A stretch of DNA of 64,000 bases from Myxococcales bacterium (GTDB lineage: Bacteria > UBA10199 > 2-02-FULL-44-16 > JAAZCA01): contig JAAZCA010000014.1 in NCBI GenBank assembly GCA_012513515.1, forward strand, positions 1,268 through 65,267. Reading direction: 5' to 3'. The position numbers and the translations under genes were made by a program. Shown piece by piece: positions 38,897 to 46,462 of this stretch; position 1 is the stretch's first letter, and every line of letters begins with the position of its first letter. The notes beneath the pieces were generated by a model. That model was not told the DNA's origin. It did not search any database and saw only the letters and a list, made by a program, of their open reading frames with translations.

Positions 38897-39147
38897 AACT
38901 CCTCACTTTTAGCGTATCTCGGTAGCAAATTGGACGTACCATAACAAGTGAAATATATAGCTATTCATAGATATGAATTAACTTAATATTTCATATATCA
39001 TCTTGACTTTATATAAAATATTTTTAAAATATACTTAAATTAAGCATAATTAAGTATAAACTAAGTCTGCTTTTGCTTTGATATTTCAATGACTTATTGC
39101 CTGCTTGGCACCCTAAGGCCGCCAAAGCTGATCCTAAAGGGGGATAT

Positions 39148-39339
39148 ATGGATCCAGCTCTCAAGGCACTTTGTATTGAAGTTTTAGACGGCGATGTTGA
39201 CGGGGACGAATTTGCCACCCTGCTGATGGAGACCGGGGTCGATCTCGACGATTTTGAGTGGAATGTAGCAAGCAGGCTTCTCGAGCGCGGTGACGTCATG
39301 AATTTCCTTACCAGGCGTTATGGATATACCTTGCAGTGA
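39148..39339 (+). CDS. small acidic hypothetical protein (~63 aa)
   Basis: The ORF 39097..39339 contains an internal ATG at 39148 (MDPALKALCIEV...). No family was recognised. It is flanked by an AT-rich tract and a repeat element. Confidence 0.35.
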   Translation: MDPALKALCIEVLDGDVDGDEFATLLMETGVDLDDFEWNVASRLLERGDVMNFLTRRYGYTLQ

Positions 39340-39461
39340 CCCACCCTTACCTTTCTCAATGCACAAAAACAGTTTTGATCAACGGGATAAGTTCTAAGTT
39401 TTCAGTGAATTAACCTTCGAAAAATCAGCAAATTCAGGGCACCTCCAAAAGCCATGCGCTT

Positions 39462-39586
39462 GTCATCCCAGCAACAACCGTGACTGGTGAATCGTAACTG
39501 GTGAACGGCGGATCAAAGATCAGCGACAATGGACCATTGACCAGCTACGATCGGTGGTTTTTGTCGATGGTCAATTGTCCATTAGC
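39462..39586. repeat. composite intergenic repeat (GTCATCCCAGC, CCGTGACTGGTGA, GTAACTGGTGAACGG, CAATGGACCATTGACC / GGTCAATTGTCCATT inverted pair)
   Basis: It belongs to the same family. Confidence 0.72.
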
Positions 39587-40458
39587 TTTTCAGATATTCC
39601 TGAATTATTTAGATATGCGATAGCCTTATAGCCGAGCTTGGCTGCCAGAAAGTCGCATGCGTGGAGATTCGCTATCGGCGCGAGCTCGACTATGTCCATC
39701 CCGACCACAGTCTTTTTTGCAAAAAGTTCATTCATGAAATCTACCGCATCGTACCATCCTATTCCTCCCGGCTCCGGAGTTCCGGTGGCAGGCATGAGAG
39801 AGGAATCGAATCCATCCAAGTCGAAAGTTATATAGACCTCTTCACTCTTGATCGAGTCGAGTGCTTTTTTGATCCAACCTCTGTCATGATGAATCTGATG
39901 GGCGTAGAATATCTTGTACTTTTTCTCCCGTGCGAGTTTTGCCTCCGGTTCAGAGAGATTGCGTATGCCTATTTGTATGGCATCCTTTACGATTTCCCTC
40001 ACCCGAGCCATCGCGCATGCGTGGTTCATCTTCGATCCTTCGTAGGAATCGCGCAGGTCAGCGTGGGCATCGAACTGAACGACAGTCACATCGGGAAACT
40101 TTTTCTGGACCGCCTTGACAACTGGAGGGGTAATGGAGTGCTCGCCGCCAAGGAGGAGCGGCCACTTGTCGTCGGCCAAAATCTTTGAAACCGCTGGCGT
40201 GATTAGGTCCCCTATCCTCTCGTGACTTATTCCTGAAAAGTCAAGGGGAGGAAGGGTTGCTACGCCGATTTGATAAGGTTCGCATCCTGTCTGTTCGTCA
40301 TAGAGCTCGACCTGCGTTGAAGCATCGAGTATCGCAGCCGGTCCCAACGCAGTTCCCTTGCCGTAGCTCACGGTAGCTTCGTATGGAATCGGAAGAACCA
40401 CCACCTTCGACTCTTCGTAGGAAGGAGAGAATTCATTATTTCCGAGATATCTTATCAT
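39571..40458 (-). CDS. speB: agmatinase (arginase family)
   Basis: It has the Mn-binding motifs GGEHS, DAHADL and TFDLDGFD. Confidence 0.88.
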   Translation of the reverse strand: MIRYLGNNEFSPSYEESKVVVLPIPYEATVSYGKGTALGPAAILDASTQVELYDEQTGCEPYQIGVATLPPLDFSGISHERIGDLITPAVSKILADDKWPLLLGGEHSITPPVVKAVQKKFPDVTVVQFDAHADLRDSYEGSKMNHACAMARVREIVKDAIQIGIRNLSEPEAKLAREKKYKIFYAHQIHHDRGWIKKALDSIKSEEVYITFDLDGFDSSLMPATGTPEPGGIGWYDAVDFMNELFAKKTVVGMDIVELAPIANLHACDFLAAKLGYKAIAYLNNSGISEKLMDN

Positions 40459-40465
40459 CTACTGT

Positions 40466-41017
40466 TCATGGAACGAATATTGCGCCGGCAATAACTGTGG
40501 TCCAAAGGCCCTTCGGATCCGCAACCGCTGACTGAGTGACGTTCATGGTCCTGACTATTTCGCCGGAAATTGTCCACGTTCCCTTTCTGTCGTTCCAAGA
40601 TTTATCTGGATCGAATGGAACGCCAAGGACGGTCGCTAGCATCTCGGCGGCCAAATCCTCAGCATAGTCGCCAGCCTGTTTTTCATTCTGCCCGTAGGCA
40701 TGATGTTCAGAAAGATAGCCATGATTGTCCGGATTCTTCGGCGTTGAAAGTCCGACCGAAGCCGCAAGCAAACGATGTGGTTCATTTGTTGCGATGTCGG
40801 AGAGGACGCAATAGACAATCTGGCCGGGGTTCAGCTGATTTACTCCCTCGTTCCTGCTTATGATCTTGCAGTTAGGGGGATAAATGCTCGACACGCGCAC
40901 CAGATTGAATTGCGCTATTCTTGCATGTCTGAGAGCCATTTCAAAGCTCTGAAGTTTTTCGCGATGTCTGCCGACTCCCTTGGTAAGAAAGACCTTGTTC
41001 GGAACAAATGCTGACAT
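40466..41017 (-). CDS. pdaD: pyruvoyl-dependent arginine decarboxylase
   Basis: It is a PvlArgDC-family protein of about 180 aa that starts MSAFVPNKVFLTKGVGRH. It sits immediately upstream of speB. Confidence 0.82.
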   Translation of the reverse strand: MSAFVPNKVFLTKGVGRHREKLQSFEMALRHARIAQFNLVRVSSIYPPNCKIISRNEGVNQLNPGQIVYCVLSDIATNEPHRLLAASVGLSTPKNPDNHGYLSEHHAYGQNEKQAGDYAEDLAAEMLATVLGVPFDPDKSWNDRKGTWTISGEIVRTMNVTQSAVADPKGLWTTVIAGAIFVP

Positions 41018-41204
41018 TTAAAACCTCCCTTCAAAATCATCCTGAAAATTCGATGAGCGCAGCTAACACATATGGATAGGTGAAACAAGATAAAATGGAG
41101 GATCATGTAAAATATTTTCACCGAGAGATCGCTCACGGCTTTTACTGGATCCCAAGCCGCCTCGCTGTAGGCGGTGTGATTAAAGCACTCAAGGCAAGGG
41201 GGAA

Positions 41205-41230
41205 TAAAAAAGGAGCCTCAAGAGGCTCCC
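41205..41230 (-). terminator. rho-independent terminator downstream of the Lys/Ala-repeat gene
   Basis: On the minus strand the stem GGGAGCCUC-UUGA-GGCUCC is followed by UUUUUU. Confidence 0.65.
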
Positions 41231-41256
41231 TTTTATGTCTGCATCTTCGAAAAGAA

Positions 41257-41409
41257 CTACTTCCTGGTCTTTCTCCTCGGGGACGCCTTCTTCTTTGCTA
41301 CTTTTTTCTTCTTCACTACCTTTTTCTTCTTTGCCACTTTTTTCTTCTTCACTACCTTTTTCTTCTTCGCCACCTTCTTTTTCTTCGCTACTTTCTTCTT
41401 GCAAACCAT
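41257..41409 (-). CDS. histone H1-like Lys/Ala-repeat basic protein (~50 aa)
   Basis: MVCKKKVAKKKKVAKKKKVVKKKKVAKKKKVV... is built from 18-nt tandem DNA repeats. A strong GGAGGGGG Shine-Dalgarno precedes the ATG at 41409, and a terminator hairpin lies downstream at 41205..41230. Confidence 0.7.
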   Translation of the reverse strand: MVCKKKVAKKKKVAKKKKVVKKKKVAKKKKVVKKKKVAKKKASPRRKTRK

Positions 41410-41657
41410 TTTCCCCCTCCTTTGCAAAAAAGGTTGTAAATCAAGTACTTCTGCCAAATCCAAGGTAATTATATGGATTTACAGGGAGATAGTCAAACAG
41501 ATTTTATCAAATTATATTCAATTTAGCTTAATTATGTATATGAGTTCTCAAAGAGGGAATTTTTTTGTCGAACTTTTTTCATGGCAAGCGCATCAGGAAT
41601 TGCGTTTGCGGGAATTTTGAGCTGCACGATATGATAGATGGAAGGGCGGCAAAAAAA

Positions 41658-42416
41658 TCACTCCGACTTCAATTTTCTAAGAATTCTGAGGGCGGCGCAT
41701 GCGGCCCCGAATCCATTGTCGATGTTCATGACTGTAATTCCTTCGGAACAGCCGTTGAGCATCGCGAGAAGTGCGGTAACTCCTCTGAAACTTGTGCCAT
41801 AGCCTACGCTGGTCGGAACAGCGATGATCGGAGCATCGATCAATCCTCCAAGCACGCTCGGCAAAGCCCCTTCCATCCCGGCAGCAACGATAACACAGTC
41901 GAGTTCCCGGATGGAGGGAATCGATTTCAGAAGTCTGTGAAGTCCTGCTACGCCTACATCATAAAATCGGCTGGGCTCGGAGCCAAAAAATTCGGCTGTC
42001 TTCGCGGCTTCCTCTGCCACGGCGATATCGGCTGTCCCGGCGCAGACTATCGCTAGACGCCCCGAAAGCTTCTCGATGCCTCTGTTTATGATGGAAAAGG
42101 TCCTGCTCCGCTGATCTATCATAGCGCGTGGAAATCGCTGCGAAACCTCGGAAAGAAGTGAGGGGGCTGCGCGAGTCGCGAGGAGATTGGAGCCTTTTTC
42201 GCTCACTGATTCGACTATCTTAAATAGATCTTCGGTCTGTTTCCCCTCGCAGAATATCACCTCGGAAAATCCGTTCCTTAGAGGACGATGAAAATCGTGC
42301 TTTGCTATCTCAATATCCGAGTAAGGCATCTCGCGAAGGGAATCGAGAGCCGCATCGACAGATATGCTTCCAGCGGCGACTTGTTCTATGATCTTTTTTA
42401 TATCCGATCTGTTCAT
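41658..42416 (-). CDS. larB: nickel-pincer cofactor biosynthesis protein LarB (PurE-like carboxylase/hydrolase)
   Basis: It has a PurE-like C-terminal domain and the LarB-type N-terminal extension. Confidence 0.8.
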   Translation of the reverse strand: MNRSDIKKIIEQVAAGSISVDAALDSLREMPYSDIEIAKHDFHRPLRNGFSEVIFCEGKQTEDLFKIVESVSEKGSNLLATRAAPSLLSEVSQRFPRAMIDQRSRTFSIINRGIEKLSGRLAIVCAGTADIAVAEEAAKTAEFFGSEPSRFYDVGVAGLHRLLKSIPSIRELDCVIVAAGMEGALPSVLGGLIDAPIIAVPTSVGYGTSFRGVTALLAMLNGCSEGITVMNIDNGFGAACAALRILRKLKSE

Positions 42417-43234
42417 CCCCTGCTCCCCCCGGTTCTATAGCCGATGATATCGAGCGTTATGAATTTCCAGCCGAGGCGTTTTAGCTCTTTATGAACGAAT
42501 TCTCCGGCTTCAATACAAATTCCGAATTCGTCCCGCCTTATTTCTATTCGCGCGAGTTCTCCGTGGTGCCTGACTCTGACCTGTGAAATTCCCAGCGAGC
42601 GAAGAAAATCTTCCGCTCTGTCGATTCTCGACATGAGTTCGGGGCTCAATGAAAGGCCGGTCGGAATTCGCGAGGCCAAGCATGCAGAGGATGGCTTCTC
42701 CGCCGAAGGGAGTGAAAACTCCCTGGCCACGGCGCGTACATCTTCCTTTGTAAATTCACAATCTATCAGAGGGGTCACCACGCGCGGATTTTCCTTTGAC
42801 GCCTGATACCCCGGCCTGTCCCCTCCCAAATCTTCAAGATTCGTCCCCTCGACGAGGAGATCAAGTCCAAGGTGATCGGCGAGCTTCACGAAAGCGCCGT
42901 ACAGATTCTTTTTGCAGAAATAACATCTGTCGTCCAGGTTGGCGATAAATGCGGGATCTTTGAACTCAGTTGTTTCTATGATTCTCAGATCGACTTTAAA
43001 GTCTGAACAAAACTTTTTAACCTGCAAAAGATCAGAAGATGGGTAGCTCGGAGATATGGCTGTTGCAGCTACAAAGTTCCCCGGAATTGTCCTCCTCGCG
43101 GCCTCCACGAGGAGCATGGAATCGACTCCTCCGGAAAATGCAACAACGGCGCTCCCAATCTCCCGGAAGCGCCGCATGAGAAGATCTATCTTTTCGGCTA
43201 TTTTTTTGTTCATGGTACAGCGTTCAAAAGGCAC
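42413..43234 (-). CDS. larE: ATP-dependent sacrificial sulfur transferase LarE (PP-loop ATP pyrophosphatase)
   Basis: It has the PP-loop AFSGGVDSMLL and a conserved Cys in SACLASRIP. It overlaps larB by 4 nt. Confidence 0.78.
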   Translation of the reverse strand: MPFERCTMNKKIAEKIDLLMRRFREIGSAVVAFSGGVDSMLLVEAARRTIPGNFVAATAISPSYPSSDLLQVKKFCSDFKVDLRIIETTEFKDPAFIANLDDRCYFCKKNLYGAFVKLADHLGLDLLVEGTNLEDLGGDRPGYQASKENPRVVTPLIDCEFTKEDVRAVAREFSLPSAEKPSSACLASRIPTGLSLSPELMSRIDRAEDFLRSLGISQVRVRHHGELARIEIRRDEFGICIEAGEFVHKELKRLGWKFITLDIIGYRTGGSRG

Positions 43235-43869
43235 TGGCGAAGCTCGCCGACCGTCTCAGCGATATGATCAGCGCCCGCGCTCACAAGCTCATCCTTGGTG
43301 CCATACCCGTAGGAGACACCGATCGACTTCAGCTGGCATTTCTTCGCCGCCTCGATGTCGATTCCCCGATCGCCTATTACGAAGGCATCCTTTATCTTTT
43401 CCTTCGCGCAGATATGTTTCAACAGATCACCCTTGTTGGAATTTTTTCCGCCGAGATCGGCACCGTACACCGAGGTAAACATCGGCCTGATGCCCAAGTG
43501 ATCGAGGACCATCTCGCATGATACCTGCGGCTTTGTCGAAGCGATGACCAGCGTGCCGGCCTTGGATGCAGCCTCGAGCAGGCCGACGATCCCCGGATAG
43601 AGGCGGTGCTCCGCGATCCCTTCTTTGTGGAAGCGCTCGCGATAGGTCTCGACGCACTGCTTTATGAAGCGCTTGTCCTTTCGCTTGGTGATCTCTTGGA
43701 AGATAGAATCGAGGCTGAAACCTATATAGCGCTTGAGCCGTTCGATTGGTACGGACTTTACGCCGAATTTCTGAAGGGCGTGATTTATGCACCTTGGAAT
43801 CGCAGTGCCGGGGTTTACCACGGTTCCATCCAGATCAAAAATGAAGTACGTCCTCTTTTTTGTATTCAT
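43210..43869 (-). CDS. HAD-superfamily hydrolase (phosphoglycolate phosphatase-like)
   Basis: It has the HAD motif I FIFDLDGTVVN. The start was reset to the ATG at 43869. Confidence 0.78.
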   Translation of the reverse strand: MNTKKRTYFIFDLDGTVVNPGTAIPRCINHALQKFGVKSVPIERLKRYIGFSLDSIFQEITKRKDKRFIKQCVETYRERFHKEGIAEHRLYPGIVGLLEAASKAGTLVIASTKPQVSCEMVLDHLGIRPMFTSVYGADLGGKNSNKGDLLKHICAKEKIKDAFVIGDRGIDIEAAKKCQLKSIGVSYGYGTKDELVSAGADHIAETVGELRQCLLNAVP

Positions 43870-44287
43870 AGGGCGGGCCTTATATATGAAGTGGCGGAGC
43901 ACTTTCAAGCTTAAACTTCTATCTAATTGATATTTATGACATATTAGCGTATTTTTAGAATCCAGCCGGCGTCGAAAAAATGGCCATATTCAGCTAAAAT
44001 CGTCAAAATTATACCACCACCGACTAGGCCTATTAAGATAAAATCCCTGCCTTTTTATGCGGGGGTGGGTAGTTTGATTGATCTCAGCAAGACCATCACC
44101 TTCTACCCGAGCCCTCATCGCTCATATTCGCTTCGCCAGAGCAATTGTGTACTCCAAAACAGCAAACTCCAACTGCAACAGAGGTATGGGAATACCCTAT
44201 CTCTATAAAAGCTACCTATTGATTTATTTCCATAAATGTGAGAGTTAGCCGCGCTCAGGTTATTTAAACCCGTCTGCGAGGATTCAG

Positions 44288-44749
44288 ATGAATCTCAAGA
44301 AGATATTTACGGCGGGCTCGGTGACGGTCGATCTGCATGGCGGCAACAAGCAGGAAATTATCAGGGAGCTGATGCTCCTAATGGTGAGCTCGGGCCGGGT
44401 CAGATCATCGGATCTCGAAGGCGTAATCGACGCTATCGTAAAACGCGAGCTGCGCATGTCCACTGGCATGCAGGATGGGATAGCCATCCCTCATGCAAAG
44501 AGCAAGGCGGTCAAGAGTCTCGCTGCGGTTTTGGGGATCAAAAAAAACGGCATCGACTTCGATTCCATCGATGGAAAACCTTCGACCATCTTCATAGCGA
44601 CCCTTTCGCCGGAAGAAAATCCCATCCCACACGTTCAATTTTTGGCTGAAATTAGCAAGAGGCTCCGAAGCGCTAACTTCAGAACGAACCTAATCAACTC
44701 GAACTCGGATGAGGAGCTGCTCGCCAACCTCATCGAAGGCTCGAAATGA
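44288..44749 (+). CDS. ptsN: PTS IIA-like nitrogen-regulatory protein (EIIA-Ntr)
   Basis: It has a PTS EIIA type-2 fold with a phosphorylatable His in GIAIPHAKS. Confidence 0.82.
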   Translation: MNLKKIFTAGSVTVDLHGGNKQEIIRELMLLMVSSGRVRSSDLEGVIDAIVKRELRMSTGMQDGIAIPHAKSKAVKSLAAVLGIKKNGIDFDSIDGKPSTIFIATLSPEENPIPHVQFLAEISKRLRSANFRTNLINSNSDEELLANLIEGSK

Positions 44750-44768
44750 CAATCGAAAAGAACAGGCC

Positions 44769-46460
44769 ATGAAAAAAACTTTATTTTTTCTTTTGCTTCT
44801 CATTTTTCCACCCCTCCTCCTTGCCTCAGACGGTTCGACCAGTTCAGATATGGGGGAGAGGATGACGCGCCTAATCCTCGAACTCGCTCTCATCATAATA
44901 GTGGCGAGGGGTTTTGGATATTTCTTCACAAGGGTTCTTAAGCAGCCGGCAGTGCTTGGCGAGCTTTGCGCAGGAATGATCATAGGTCCCTATGCGCTTG
45001 GATCACTTCCCCTGCCATTTATAGGCCCGCTCTTCATGCCCCATCACTCCTCGATTATTCCTCTTAGCGCCGAATTGTATGGAATCGCGACACTTGCCTC
45101 CATAATTTTACTTTTCCTTGTCGGTTTAGAAACGGACGTAACGGCCTTTCTGAAATACTCCGTTGCTGGAACGTTCGTAGGAATCGGCGGGCTTTTATTT
45201 TCATTCATATTCGGAGATCTGCTGGCAATCTTCTTCGGCGTCGCCGACAGCTTTCTGGATCCGAAGGCGCTTTTCTTGGGAGCGATATTGACAGCAACAT
45301 CGGTAGGAATAACAGCCCGAGTTCTCTCCGATCAGAAGAAGCTCGATTCCCCTGAAGGCGTTACGATTTTGGCAGGAGCTGTCATCGACGACGTCTTCGG
45401 CATAATAGTTTTGGCCATAGTCGTCGGTATCAGCAAGGCATCCGGCATGGGAGAAGGCGACATAGAATGGAAGAGCATATCGATGATCGCGATCAAAGCC
45501 TTCGGATTCTGGATAATATGTACCGCGCTTGGGCTTTTGCTCGCCAGAAAGATAACGAAGGTACTGAAGTGGTTCAAATCCACCGACCTGATCGCCAGCC
45601 TTTCGCTGGGCTTGGCGCTTTTGCTCGCCGGCCTTTCGGAATTGGCGGGTCTAGCGATGATAATCGGCGCCTACATAGTGGGGCTTTCCTTGTCGCGCAC
45701 GGATCTGGTCAACGAGGTGCACAATCACCTGAAGGGAATTTATTCCATACTGGTTCCGATATTTTTCTGCACGATGGGAATGCTGGTCGATTTTCAAGCG
45801 ATGAAAGGAGTAATTCTCTTCGGGCTTGTGTATACAGCCTTTGCCTTTGCCGGAAAAATATTCGGGTGCGGAATCCCAGCGCTTTTCATGGGTTTTAACT
45901 TAAGAGGGGCTGCGAGGATAGGAATCGGAATGCTTCCGCGTGGAGAGGTCGCTCTTATCATAGCAGGTATCGGACTTTCATCCGGCATAGTCGGACCTGA
46001 GATATTCGGCGTTGCCATTATGATGACGCTTATGACGACCATCGCGGCCCCGCCGGCGATGATGAAGGTATTCAAGGGAGACTCCGGTCTCAGAAAGCCC
46101 CTCACAGCTGAGGAAACACAGCTTGAAAAAATCACCATCACCCTTCCCAATGCCGATATCGCGGAGTTCGTGACGACAAGGCTCGTAACGGCCTTTCGCA
46201 ATGAGGAATTTTTCGTGCATAGAGCCGATTCTCGCCTCAGACTATTTCAGATAAGGAAGGATGACATAGTCATGACTTTGACTCAAAGGGGCGGCGTTAT
46301 AACTGTAGAAACAAAAAGCAAATATGAGTCTCTGGCGAGGTTCGTCATGGCAGAGGAAATGCTGGATCTCGAAGGGGTCTTTGAAGCGATAGAGGGGATT
46401 GTCTGCGCAAGGAAGATAAGCGCCGACCTCATCTCCGGTGCACTAAATTGGAAGGCCTGA
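44769..46460 (+). CDS. cation:proton antiporter (CPA2/Kef-type) with C-terminal soluble domain
   Basis: It has about 12 transmembrane segments in a Na_H_Exchanger fold plus a C-terminal cytoplasmic domain of about 150 aa with no GxGxxG motif. Confidence 0.8.
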   Translation: MKKTLFFLLLLIFPPLLLASDGSTSSDMGERMTRLILELALIIIVARGFGYFFTRVLKQPAVLGELCAGMIIGPYALGSLPLPFIGPLFMPHHSSIIPLSAELYGIATLASIILLFLVGLETDVTAFLKYSVAGTFVGIGGLLFSFIFGDLLAIFFGVADSFLDPKALFLGAILTATSVGITARVLSDQKKLDSPEGVTILAGAVIDDVFGIIVLAIVVGISKASGMGEGDIEWKSISMIAIKAFGFWIICTALGLLLARKITKVLKWFKSTDLIASLSLGLALLLAGLSELAGLAMIIGAYIVGLSLSRTDLVNEVHNHLKGIYSILVPIFFCTMGMLVDFQAMKGVILFGLVYTAFAFAGKIFGCGIPALFMGFNLRGAARIGIGMLPRGEVALIIAGIGLSSGIVGPEIFGVAIMMTLMTTIAAPPAMMKVFKGDSGLRKPLTAEETQLEKITITLPNADIAEFVTTRLVTAFRNEEFFVHRADSRLRLFQIRKDDIVMTLTQRGGVITVETKSKYESLARFVMAEEMLDLEGVFEAIEGIVCARKISADLISGALNWKA

Positions 46461-46462
46461 AA

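Noticed and set aside
6288-39586. Whether the recurring short repeats form CRISPR arrays
   Set aside because: The repeats are heterogeneous modules with irregular spacing, appear in both orientations, and have no unique spacer series. No cas genes are present.
41080-41468. ORFs 41080..41439 (+), 41189..41404 (-) and 41235..41468 (+) with Glu/Ser/Leu-rich repeat translations
   Set aside because: They are alternative-frame and opposite-strand readings of the 18-nt tandem repeat that encodes the Lys/Ala-rich protein. Only the minus-strand frame, starting at the ATG at 41409, has a strong Shine-Dalgarno and a terminator.
41410-41500. Sigma-54-like -24/-12 element (TGGCAG-N5-CTTGA) upstream of the Lys/Ala-repeat gene
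   Set aside because: The -12 element lacks the conserved GC dinucleotide (TTGA instead of TTGC), so the match is too weak to call.
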